From Candidatus Levyibacteriota bacterium (GTDB lineage: Bacteria; Patescibacteriota; Microgenomatia; Levybacterales; UBA12049), in NCBI GenBank assembly GCA_963722305.1, contig CAVRKE010000001.1, forward strand, positions 501,549-565,548: 64,000 nucleotides of DNA, written 5' to 3'. This document shows, one piece after another, positions 17,984-25,650 of the stretch; the stretch's first letter is position 1; the number at the start of each line of letters is the position of its first letter. Both the position numbers and the translations under genes were made by a program. The notes beneath the pieces were generated by a model that did no database searches, was not told the DNA's origin, and saw nothing but the letters and a program-made list of their open reading frames with translations.

Positions 17984-18177
17984 GCTGCTTTTCTTCTAAT
18001 TCCTACGTTTCTCGCAACTATTGTTAACAAACCTCTTTCACGCTTGCGATTATATGAGCCATCTATCCTAAGCTCCACAGTATCAGCTAAACCCAATCTG
18101 CCCCGTGCCAAAGGGTGAACCGGAGAACCTTCAGCCTCTCTCCAATGCACACGACGACTATTGTCTTTGTCTTTCAT
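17980..18177 (-). CDS. Small hypothetical protein (65 aa), coding status uncertain
   Basis: The ORF starts 11 nt after the rpmB stop, with no SD and no recognised motif. It is basic and Arg-rich. Confidence 0.3.
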   Translation of the reverse strand: MKDKDNSRRVHWREAEGSPVHPLARGRLGLADTVELRIDGSYNRKRERGLLTIVARNVGIRRKAA

Positions 18178-18188
18178 AATTTCTGACC

Positions 18189-18422
18189 TTAAGCTGCGAC
18201 AACCGGAGGAACTTCAACTTTTACTGCTGCCTGGGGTTTGGCTGCAGCTCTGATTGTTCTTTGGCATTTGGTGCAAAGCCTGACTCTTTTGGCCACACCA
18301 CCAACGATAATCCGAGCGCTATGAAGGTTCGGTTTAAAAATTCTTCTGGTGCGGTTTTTGGCGTGGGAAACATTGTGTCCGTACATTACTCCCTTGCCGC
18401 AATTAAAACAAACTAAGGCCAT
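18189..18422 (-). CDS. rpmB: 50S ribosomal protein L28
   Basis: [19 protein letters not shown] is the signature of L28. A C4 Zn-ribbon variant is present (CFNCGK...CTKC). Confidence 0.9.
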   Translation of the reverse strand: MALVCFNCGKGVMYGHNVSHAKNRTRRIFKPNLHSARIIVGGVAKRVRLCTKCQRTIRAAAKPQAAVKVEVPPVVAA

Positions 18423-18450
18423 AATCTTTGTATTATAACTAAAATGTGCG

Positions 18451-18520
18451 GAATTTTCAATTCGAAATTTTAAATTTAAAATTATATTCTTAAAAATTGA
18501 TTGAAAATTAGAAATTAAAA
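18451..18520. repeat. AT-rich palindromic intergenic repeat, compact copy 3
   Basis: GAATTTTCAATTCGAAATTTTAAATTT...AAAAATTGATTGAAAATTAGAAATTAAAAAC is related to the arms of 5854..5954. It overlaps the TTGAAA-N17-TATAAT promoter (18501-18529) of the S2P gene. Confidence 0.55.
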
Positions 18521-18535
18521 ACTTATAATTGCCTA

Positions 18536-19183
18536 ATGGACTTAATCGGTATCATCATTATTCTTCCAATATTAATATACAGCGCAATTTTACATGAGAT
18601 TATGCATGGCTTAGTTGCCGAACGCTTAGGCGATCCAACAGCCCGACTTATGGGTAGAATTACCCTTAATCCAATACCACATATCGACCCTTTTATGAGC
18701 ATACTTCTCCCTTTAATCCTATCTCTATCTCCAACTCATGTAATTATTGGTGGCGCGAAGCCTGTTCCTGTTGATCCATTTAACTTCCGCGAACCAAAGA
18801 AGGATATGGCCATAGTCTCTTTAGCCGGACCAGGAACAAACTTTTTGATTGCAATTGTTTTCGGAATTATTTGCCGAGTGGTCTTCCCAGGATTGACTTT
18901 AGACGGGGTATTAAACAGCGGAATATTAGGCGCTATTTTAGGAACAATTGTTTATATAAATATTATCTTGGCCATTTTTAACCTAATTCCCATTCCCCTG
19001 CTTGACGGTTCCAAAATCTTCGCGCTGGTGTTGCCGGACAGAGAAGCGGCAATGTATATGTCCATCGGCAGTTTTGGAATTTTGATAATTTTCTTCCTGC
19101 TACTTTTCCCTATCGGCGGATTTTCCCTGGGGAGTTTAATGTTTAACCTCCTGACCTTTGCGCAACATTTACTGGGGCTTTAA
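18536..19183 (+). CDS. Site-2 protease family (peptidase M50) membrane metalloprotease
   Basis: HExxH motif (HEIMHGLVA) in a TM helix, plus the second motif [13 protein letters not shown]. Confidence 0.8.
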   Translation: MDLIGIIIILPILIYSAILHEIMHGLVAERLGDPTARLMGRITLNPIPHIDPFMSILLPLILSLSPTHVIIGGAKPVPVDPFNFREPKKDMAIVSLAGPGTNFLIAIVFGIICRVVFPGLTLDGVLNSGILGAILGTIVYINIILAIFNLIPIPLLDGSKIFALVLPDREAAMYMSIGSFGILIIFFLLLFPIGGFSLGSLMFNLLTFAQHLLGL

Positions 19184-20164
19184 ATATCTGCTACTTTGTC
19201 TTGTCCTTGCTCTAACCTGATCTAAAACCTCTGGCTCAACGGCAACTTTTTCAAGAACTCCCATTGCTCTCATCCCATCTTCTTCGTTAAGGGCTATTTC
19301 CAGCGGTGACTGCTTAAAAAGTAAAGCCAGTAAAGCAATCCTCGCTAAAGAAGTTGTTCTGGTTGCTCCACTTTCTATTGCCCGATAACCTCCAACTCCT
19401 TTTCTAAATCCCAAGAATTTTCCAACTGTGCCTTTGGATAGATTCATCGCCTGTCGTAAAGCCCTGATATTTCCTTTTCTAACAGGCAACATCTCCATTA
19501 ATTCACGATCAAATTCAGCACCTTCGTAAAAATGAACACCGGGAATATGGTCTAAATCAAGAGGACTATTACTAAAAACGCTGTGATCTATTTGTTTGTG
19601 CGAATAATCACTTCTGCTACTTTGTCTTGTCCTTGCTCTAACCTGATCTAAAACCTCTGGCTCAACGGCAATTTTACCAAGAACATCCATTGCTCTCATC
19701 CCATCTTCTTCGTTAAGGGCTATTTCCAGCGGTGACTGCTTAAAAAGTAAAGCCAGTAAAGCAATCCTCGCTAAAGAAGTTGTTCTGGTTGCTCCACTTT
19801 CTATTTTTTGGTAACCTTTTTGCCCAAGCCCCAAAAATTCTCCTACTTTTTCTTCAGATAAATTTACGGCTAGACGTAAAGCCCTGATATTTCCTTCTCT
19901 AACAGGCAACATCTCCATTAATTCACGATCAAATTCAGCACCGTCGTAAAAATGAACACCGGGAATATGGTCTAAATCAAGAGGACTATGATAAGCATAG
20001 GTGTGACCTCTTTCTCTGCGTGTGGGCTCTGGTTGAGCAAGTACTCTTCTTGACGCTATGGAATAATCTGCTCCAAATATTGTTGCAAGAGCATTTGTTC
20101 TTGGCGGCAAATCTGGTCCAAGAATATGTGATCCTAAGTGTTCACCACCTGATTTTACCATCAT
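19169..20164 (-). CDS. Protein with two tandem XRE-type HTH modules (internal duplication)
   Basis: Two ~140-aa units (..SPLDLDHIPGVHFY.GAEFDRELMEMLPVR.GNIRALR..IESGATRTTSLARIALLALLFKQSPLEIALNEEDGMRAM..VAVEPEVLDQVRARTRQSSR). The (Y/A)IESG..T...L..IA segment is typical of the XRE HTH. Confidence 0.65.
   Translation of the reverse strand: MMVKSGGEHLGSHILGPDLPPRTNALATIFGADYSIASRRVLAQPEPTRRERGHTYAYHSPLDLDHIPGVHFYDGAEFDRELMEMLPVREGNIRALRLAVNLSEEKVGEFLGLGQKGYQKIESGATRTTSLARIALLALLFKQSPLEIALNEEDGMRAMDVLGKIAVEPEVLDQVRARTRQSSRSDYSHKQIDHSVFSNSPLDLDHIPGVHFYEGAEFDRELMEMLPVRKGNIRALRQAMNLSKGTVGKFLGFRKGVGGYRAIESGATRTTSLARIALLALLFKQSPLEIALNEEDGMRAMGVLEKVAVEPEVLDQVRARTRQSSRYLKPQ
19188..19989. repeat. Intragenic tandem duplication (two ~380-bp units, period 420-426 bp)
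   Basis: 19188-19569 and 19614-19989 share long identical stretches, for example CCATTGCTCTCATCCCATCTTCTTCGTTAAGGGCTATTTCCAGCGGTGACTGC.... A diverged ~75-bp central patch carries a 6-bp indel. Confidence 0.85.
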
Positions 20165-20230
20165 ATAAAAAATATTATATCACAAAAATAAGCTTAAAGT
20201 CAACACTATAGGATTAGACTTGGGGCAATT

Positions 20231-20992
20231 TTAAAGCGTTATTTCTAAATCGTCGACCGCGGCGGTGGTGTTGGGAAAAATTGTTTTGGCTTTCTCTTCG
20301 GCTTTTTTCCGCTCTTCTAAAGTTAAATAAACAGGGGCGCTGAAGTGCGTCAACAGCAGCTTTTTGACATTCTCTTCTTTGGCAACAGTTGCCGCCTGGA
20401 CCGGGTCAAGATGACCTGTGTCGCCCTCTTTAGTCTGAATATTTGAGCATTCACTAATTAGAACGTCGGCAGCGTGAGTCAGCTTTCTTAAGCCTTCTGT
20501 AAGCCCGCAGTCGCCCGTGTAGGCAATTGTTTTACCTTCAAGTGTAATTCTATAACCGTGGTCTTTGAATAAATGAGCTTGCTCAACTACCGATACGGGA
20601 AATCCGACATTTTGTTCTCCTGAGGGAAGCTCATGCAGCCTGATTTCGGTTTTTGGGCTTTGCGTATTTTTCGGCTGAGAAAGGTACCCTGTCATATAGG
20701 GCGGATTATAAAAAGTGTCAAAATCTTTCTTTCTGCCCTTTGCCACATAAACATCAATCCCCTGTCTAAGGAAGAAGCTCGACAAAATTCCTAACCCAGA
20801 AACATGGTCTTGATGAAAGTGGGAAATAAAAAGTGAAATCGGTTTGTCTTCGGTAATATATTTGTTGAGCTTATAAATGCCGTTGCCAGCGTCAAATACT
20901 ACGTAACGCTCTTTGCTGTCGATAAGAACGCAAGCTGTATTGCCGGTTGGAGTTGTATACCACCCGTTAGTGCCTAAAAATATAATTTTCAT
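20231..20992 (-). CDS. MBL-fold metallo-hydrolase
   Basis: Motif HFHQDHVSG (HxHxDH). The start is set at MKIIFLGTNGW (ATG at 20992), because the longer track ORF would overlap the neighbouring hydrolase gene. Confidence 0.7.
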   Translation of the reverse strand: MKIIFLGTNGWYTTPTGNTACVLIDSKERYVVFDAGNGIYKLNKYITEDKPISLFISHFHQDHVSGLGILSSFFLRQGIDVYVAKGRKKDFDTFYNPPYMTGYLSQPKNTQSPKTEIRLHELPSGEQNVGFPVSVVEQAHLFKDHGYRITLEGKTIAYTGDCGLTEGLRKLTHAADVLISECSNIQTKEGDTGHLDPVQAATVAKEENVKKLLLTHFSAPVYLTLEERKKAEEKAKTIFPNTTAAVDDLEITL

Positions 20993-21737
20993 GGTGTGCA
21001 AATTTGTTGTCGGTCTTTGAACATTATCACACGAAATCAATTCTTGGGAAAGGGGATGCTCCGTATAATCTGATTTCGCCATTTGGATCAGGGAATACCG
21101 GTTTTTCACCTTTTGCAAAAGCATAAAACGGGGCTTCACTCATGATCCTAACATTGGTTTCTCCACGGAATTGATGGTCACAATCAGGAATAGTAAAAAG
21201 TTCTCTTCGAACCGCGCCTGTTGCTAAATCGTAGAATATTTTACCAGCCCCTGGTCCAACCATCTCATCTTGTTCTCCAATTACAATACATACTTCACCG
21301 CTAAATTTACTTAATCCTTCTCTTACCATTCCTTCCGGCATGTCACCAGATGGCGCATAGAGAAGAATCCTTGAGACTTCTGGATATTCGTGAGCCACTG
21401 CAGCGATTGCGCTTGCCCCTCCTGAAAATCCCATTAATAAAATCTCCGGTGCTGGCTCCCCGCATGTCACCCAAGCGTTGCTTCTTGCATACTGAAGTGC
21501 TGCTCTTAGGTTAATATCAGGAAGATACCCAACCCTGATATTGTTGCCTGTTCTAACAACAGCTCCCAATTCCTCTGTCTGCATGTGGTGAGCTAAACGC
21601 TTATATTCATGTAGGCGTCCATCTATGCTGCCATCAATGCTGGGAACATTAATAATTATTCTTCTTGAAACATTTGGATGAATCGCTAATTGAACTTTAA
21701 GGTGGACCCCATTGTCAACACAGTAAAACGGCTAAAC

Positions 21738-22475
21738 TTAGACTAAGTTTTCCTCCTTTCCAAAATATATTTCAGCCGGTGTTCTGTAATTAAGCGATTG
21801 GTGTTTTCTTTCATAATTGTAAAAGTAAAAATAGTTTTCAATGTTTTCTTTTGCTTCCAAAACAGTAGCGTATTCTTTTAAGTATACCTCTTCATATTTA
21901 ACACTCCTCCATAACCTCTCGGTGAAGATATTGTCCAGTGCCCGTCCCCGTGAGTCCATGCTGATTTTGACATTGTGATTTTCCCAGAGATCTGTCATCA
22001 GATGATCGGTATTTTGTGATCCCTGATCTTCATTAATAATGGTTGGTCTTCCGAATTTCTCAATTGCTTCAGTTGCAGCATCAAAACAAAAGTCTGTTTC
22101 AAGGGTAATTGAGAGCTTCCAGGAAACAACAAATCTGGTAAACCAATCAAGAAAGGCAGTTAAATATACAAACCCATGTTTCATCCGAATATACGTAATA
22201 TCTGTGCCCCAGATATGATTTGGATATCCTGCAACTACTCCTTTGAGTAAATACGGATAGAACATGTGTTGTTTATCGGGTTTACTCAAATTAGGCTTCG
22301 GATACAATGCCTCATAGCCCATTTCACGCATCAGGCGTTGTGCCTGTTTTCTGTTAACACCAACCTCTTTTGCCATACGTCTTGAACCATAAAAAGGGTG
22401 GGCAGTATATACCTCATCAATTCTGTTCATTAAAATGAGTGCCTCGGGTTTAACCGGTCTTGGCTGATAGTACAA
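21738..22475 (-). CDS. IS3-family transposase OrfB (copy 2)
   Basis: Protein identical to that of 1071..1808. Confidence 0.85.
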   Translation of the reverse strand: MYYQPRPVKPEALILMNRIDEVYTAHPFYGSRRMAKEVGVNRKQAQRLMREMGYEALYPKPNLSKPDKQHMFYPYLLKGVVAGYPNHIWGTDITYIRMKHGFVYLTAFLDWFTRFVVSWKLSITLETDFCFDAATEAIEKFGRPTIINEDQGSQNTDHLMTDLWENHNVKISMDSRGRALDNIFTERLWRSVKYEEVYLKEYATVLEAKENIENYFYFYNYERKHQSLNYRTPAEIYFGKEENLV

Positions 22476-22578
22476 ACTTGATCTGGAAATATCCAGAAGA
22501 TCAGCCCGTATACTCTTTGGTAATACGCTTTCTGTTTTGTTAATGTGCAGAGCAATTTCTCCGGGAGTAAGGATATCC

Positions 22579-22875
22579 CTACTCGTCGAAGATGCCCATC
22601 TTTTTTTTAAGAAAGTCTACTTCGACTTTTAATCTTCCTATTTGCCGATACAATTCCTGTACCAGCTCACGGTCATCCCGTTTCCGTTGAATAAGATGTT
22701 CTGAAAACCCTTGCGAGAGAATCTCCAACGCCCGGCGTTTCCATTTCGTTATTTGGGTTGAATGTACACCGTACATACTTGACAGCTCCGCAATTGTTTT
22801 TTGTTCCTTAATTGCCTCCAGAGCAACTCTGGCTTTAAATGCCGGTGGATGAATTCTGCGTATTTTTTGATCCAT
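22579..22875 (-). CDS. IS3-family transposase OrfA (copy 2)
   Basis: Protein identical to that of 671..967. A T8 run on the plus strand lies at 22601-22608. Confidence 0.85.
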   Translation of the reverse strand: MDQKIRRIHPPAFKARVALEAIKEQKTIAELSSMYGVHSTQITKWKRRALEILSQGFSEHLIQRKRDDRELVQELYRQIGRLKVEVDFLKKKMGIFDE

Positions 22876-23212
22876 AGAACTATTCTATCTTAGTCTAAGG
22901 TGACTGTGCAGATTATGGGGTCCATTATACTTTTGTAAGAAATTCTCTCCCCAAAAATTCTCCCCCTCTAAAATCAGGGTCATTGCTAGGATAAGCATAT
23001 CTACCCTTAAACGTCCTTAAAGGTTCTCCGATGTACATTGCTGCTTCACTATTTTTTCCAACCAGTTCTGCCATGGGCAGATTGTATCACGACGTAAATA
23101 ATATATCAAACAACATCAAGAGACATACTTGAGGACTTGCTTTTTTGAAAAGGGGTTTTGTGCCAAAAATTTTGGCAGGGTTGCTTAGACTCGAGATTAA
23201 AAGTGAGCGTTT

Positions 23213-24466
23213 TTAGATTTGTCCTTTTCGAATTTCATTCCCCCTTTGGAAAGCCAGACGACTAGGATCTCTTCCTCCATGGGATAGAATGTTGGAATGT
23301 ATGTCTGATGTGCTCGGCGTTGTTCCTCCGTTTGCACCATACCTTACTTGAGCAGGGGGAATACCTTTGCGTCTATTCCACGCTCCGCTTTCAACAAAAT
23401 TTATTAAAGTGTTTTTTAACACATGCAATCCTTCTCTAACTCTCGCCTCCATTACTGCTTTTGCATCACCGTCAAGTTGACCATCTATGGTGGAACGGCA
23501 CAAAACAGCAAGTGCTTCTACTTTTTCTATTATGGTTTTCGGGTCAACCATTTTCCCCGGTCTTAAAAAATTTGGAAGCTCAACTAGATATTTACTCATT
23601 GCAGCCACCAGGTAAGGAAGATATCTTACATCATAGCTATCCCTTCCTTCCGCTTTTAATTCTTGGGGGAAAGGAAAAAATAGAGAATTGAATATTGCAG
23701 ACCGTTCTTCTTCCAAAGACACTCGAAGGTTCCAAACGGCAACCGATTGTAAAAAACTGTCAACACCATCTTTGGGTACATATCCACTCGCAACCAATTT
23801 TTGAATACTGCCTATCGTAGGTAATCTTTGTATCACCAACGGTAAACTATTAACGGAGACAGGCAAATTCCGTTCTTTATTTGGCTGCATGAGGGTTGTT
23901 ATATTTGTAAAGGGCCTGCCTGTTGTCTCATCTAACAACCGTCCTTGAACAAGAGCAACCGCCAAGTAGTCTATTATTGTACCTTTTGTATGCGGCTCGT
24001 GTCTAGCAACTTCAAAATATGGCAACTGTTGCTCTCCCAATAAATCCTTTAAATAAGCTGGCTCCTGCTCTGAATCAGGCATGTCTGATTCAGCCACATC
24101 CGGAGATTTTCCCAGCAAACTCGCCAAATAAACGGATTGGCTATGGCTTGCTCGCCTTTCTCTATGCCAGTTATCAAACACAATTTCTCCAAGGGCAATA
24201 AAGCGCCTGGAAGGGCAAAACATCTTATCGCCAAGATGCATAATCAGTTGCTTGATGGTTAAACCCTCCGTCGGAAATGGCAACGGTTGATTTTCAAAAA
24301 CTACAGTTGCTATATACGCCGGCAGACGTAGCTCCGGATGCCTGAGTAAAAGTTCAGGGAAGTAGCGTGGATCCACAACACTTGGTGTTGGTTTTACCCA
24401 TTTTATCGAACCTGAAGATTCTTCCATTCCGTTACCAGGAAGCGCCTCAATTAGTTGTCTTTGCAT
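23213..24466 (-). CDS. Hypothetical protein (417 aa)
   Basis: Long ORF with a TTGCAT-N16-TATAAT promoter (24501-24474), 7 nt before the ATG. No recognised motif. Confidence 0.55.
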   Translation of the reverse strand: MQRQLIEALPGNGMEESSGSIKWVKPTPSVVDPRYFPELLLRHPELRLPAYIATVVFENQPLPFPTEGLTIKQLIMHLGDKMFCPSRRFIALGEIVFDNWHRERRASHSQSVYLASLLGKSPDVAESDMPDSEQEPAYLKDLLGEQQLPYFEVARHEPHTKGTIIDYLAVALVQGRLLDETTGRPFTNITTLMQPNKERNLPVSVNSLPLVIQRLPTIGSIQKLVASGYVPKDGVDSFLQSVAVWNLRVSLEEERSAIFNSLFFPFPQELKAEGRDSYDVRYLPYLVAAMSKYLVELPNFLRPGKMVDPKTIIEKVEALAVLCRSTIDGQLDGDAKAVMEARVREGLHVLKNTLINFVESGAWNRRKGIPPAQVRYGANGGTTPSTSDIHSNILSHGGRDPSRLAFQRGNEIRKGQI

Positions 24467-24513
24467 GAAGAAAATTATAGCAGAAATATTACATAATGCA
24501 ACTATAGGGTATC

Positions 24514-24763
24514 TGGCAGGCCAGGAGGGAATCGAACCCCCAACAGAGGTTTTGTCCCAGAAGTATCTCGCAAATTTTTATTGCAGGGTTGCTCAGATTC
24601 GAACTGAGAAAAGCAGTTTTGGAGACTGCTGTGATAACCATTTCACCACAACCCTTTGAAAAATTTGCTTAGAACTTCGGGATCCCGTAGATGTAAGCTT
24701 TTTCTCCGAAAAAGCAACATACTACTGGGAGAGACCTCAGTTATACCATTTAACTACTGGCCT
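24514..24763 (-). tRNA. Interrupted tRNA-Trp(CCA)-like gene: 5' part 24763-24731, 176-nt insert 24730-24555, 3' part 24554-24514 with encoded CCA
   Basis: The 5' part is AGGCCAG TA GTTAAATGGTATAAC T GAGGT CTC. The 3' part is CAAA ACCTC TGTT GGGGGTTCGATTCCCTC CTGGCCT G CCA. All four stems are complementary, and U8, A14, G18G19, T54T55C56 and A58 are present. The joined loop CTCCAAA gives anticodon CCA. Confidence 0.7.
24584..24655 (-). tRNA. tRNA-Trp (anticodon CCA), complete, nested inside the interrupted tRNA
   Basis: AGGGTTG TG GTGAAATGGTTATCAC A GCAGT CTCCAAA ACTGC TTTT CTCAGTTCGAATCTGAG CAACCCT G. The cloverleaf is canonical, with A1-U72 and G73. No CCA is encoded. Confidence 0.9.
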
Positions 24764-24771
24764 ATGACGTT

Positions 24772-24800
24772 ATTATACTGGGAATGGACAAATCTAGCAA
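24772..24800 (-). promoter_or_regulatory. Sigma70-type promoter (TTGCTA-N17-TATAAT) 8 nt upstream of the outer tRNA 5' end
   Basis: On the minus strand, TTGCTA at 24800-24795 and TATAAT at 24777-24772. The outer tRNA position +1 is at 24763. Confidence 0.5.
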
Positions 24801-24818
24801 TTGAGGAAGAAACAGGGG

Positions 24819-24995
24819 TTATTTCAGTTTTTCGTTTTCTTTGTGGTCGGTAACTTTTCTACAATGCCGGCAATATTTTTTGAGCAGCAATTTTGCCTCT
24901 GTATTCAGCTTATTTCTGGTCGTGACGTAATTTCTGTTTTTACAAACAGTGCAAACGAGCCCCAAAACTACCCTATGTTCTCCCTTTTTTGCCAT
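24819..24995 (-). CDS. rpmG: 50S ribosomal protein L33
   Basis: This 58-aa ORF falls below the track cutoff: MAKKGEHRVVLGLVCTVCKNRNYVTTRNKLNTEAKLLLKKYCRHCRKVTDHKENEKLK. It shows the L33 pattern C..C..RNY.T..N......L.LKKYC..C...T.HKE. The plus-strand track ORF 24801..25025 is antisense to it. Confidence 0.85.
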   Translation of the reverse strand: MAKKGEHRVVLGLVCTVCKNRNYVTTRNKLNTEAKLLLKKYCRHCRKVTDHKENEKLK

Positions 24996-25045
24996 AAACG
25001 GTATTTTAGCAGACTTTCTTCGTAATTTGAAGAGCGAGTATTTTG

Positions 25046-25117
25046 AGCCGAGAGCGGGAATCGGACCCGCGACCTAGTCATTACCAATGACTTGCTCTGC
25101 CACTGAGCCATCTCGGC
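25046..25117 (-). tRNA. tRNA-Thr (anticodon GGT)
   Basis: GCCGAGA TG GCTCAGTGGCAGAGC A AGTCA TTGGTAA TGACT AGGTC GCGGG TCCGATT CCCGC TCTCGGC T. The T-loop has C at position 55. Confidence 0.85.
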
Positions 25118-25144
25118 GTGCTATAACAATGAGCCTGTCAAATG

Positions 25145-25228
25145 TGCTGGGTGAGGGACTCGAACCCCCGCAGACCTTACGGTCATCTGGTCTACAGCCA
25201 GAGGCGATTGCCGCTACGCGAACCCAGC
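25145..25228 (-). tRNA. tRNA-Tyr (anticodon GTA), long variable arm
   Basis: GCTGGGT...TCTGG CTGTAGA CCAGA, variable arm TGACCGTAAGGTCT, T arm GGGGG TTCGAGT CCCTC, acceptor ACCCAGC, discriminator A. Confidence 0.85.
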
Positions 25229-25251
25229 GTGTTATTATTTTAGCAGATTTG

Positions 25252-25323
25252 AGCCGAAGGCGAGATTCGGACTCGCGACTTGCTGTTTACAAAACAGCTA
25301 CTCTACCACTGAGTTACTTCGGC
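25252..25323 (-). tRNA. tRNA-Thr (anticodon TGT)
   Basis: GCCGAAG TA ACTCAGTGGTAGAGT A GCTGT TTTGTAA ACAGC AAGTC GCGAG TCCGAAT CTCGC CTTCGGC T. The T-loop has C at position 55. Confidence 0.85.
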
Positions 25324-25650
25324 TTAAGCTTAATTGATTTTAGCAAAAACTATACCAAGAAGGAAGCCCCAGGGGCCAAAGGAATAATACTTGATAAATT
25401 CGTCCCTCGGTATTGAGTAGAGCTGATGTTTCCCCGAACTTCAAATTAGGTGGGCTAAACTCATTGCACTTAGCAATGAAGTAATTCGCCCTGTCTCACG
25501 CCAATCTGGCGGATACCTCAAGTCCAGTGAAATTGTAGAGGAAAATCTTACCAACTCCCTCTAATACCAAAGAACAGTAAAAGTATAGAACAGACTTTTC
25601 ACGACTGTCAAGACCTTGACAAGGGGTGTATAATGTGAAAATTTTTAAAA

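Larger units (their letters stand above)
21698..22929 (-). mobile_element. IS3-family insertion sequence, copy 2 (1232 bp)
   Basis: Same ends as copy 1. A 3-bp target duplication (CTT on the plus strand) lies at 21695-21697 and 22930-22932. The encoded proteins are identical to those of copy 1. Confidence 0.9.
21027..23074 (-). pseudogene. Alpha/beta-hydrolase gene interrupted by IS3-family copy 2
   Basis: The N-terminal piece 23074-22930 (MAELVGKNSEAAMYIGEPLRTFKGRYAYPSNDPDFRGGEFLGREFLTK) and the C-terminal piece 21697-21027 (VQLAIHPNVSRRIIINVPSIDGS...GFSGGAS...CDHQF) rejoin in frame when 21698..22932 is removed. The GxSxG nucleophile elbow is present. Confidence 0.8.

Noticed and set aside
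17980-18177. The 65-aa ORF region after rpmB as an ncRNA instead of a CDS
   Set aside because: No recognisable RNA family signature was found on either strand. It is kept as a low-confidence CDS only.
20993-21139. A 49-codon N-terminal extension of the MBL hydrolase ORF
   Set aside because: It would overlap the 3' end of the alpha/beta-hydrolase gene by more than 100 nt. The conserved MBL fold starts at MKIIFLGTNGW (ATG at 20992).
24555-24730. The insert in tRNA-Trp as a group I intron or an archaeal-type bulge-helix-bulge intron
   Set aside because: The 5' exon ends in C rather than the U needed for the P1 G.U pair. At 176 nt, including a 72-nt tRNA, there is no room for a group I core. 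The exon-intron junctions form a 3 x 4 internal loop followed by a 6-bp helix, not a 3-4-3 BHB. It is kept as an unexplained insert; a covariance-model search is still needed.
24465-25416. Track ORFs 24465..24659, 24656..24853, 24801..25025 and 25087..25416 (plus strand)
   Set aside because: They run antisense across four or five tRNA genes and rpmG. Their peptides contain tRNA-derived strings such as GIEPPT and GLEPPQ. They are artefacts.
25330-25650. A 320-nt ORF-free stretch examined as a possible RNase P, SRP, tmRNA or 6S RNA gene
   Set aside because: Only a weak GAGGAAAATC resemblance to the RNase P GAGGAAAGUCC box was seen. There is no SRP GGAA/AGCAGCC motif and no tRNA-like end. The TTGACA and TATAAT near 25607-25630 are only 7 nt apart. 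It is left unannotated; a cmscan would settle it.
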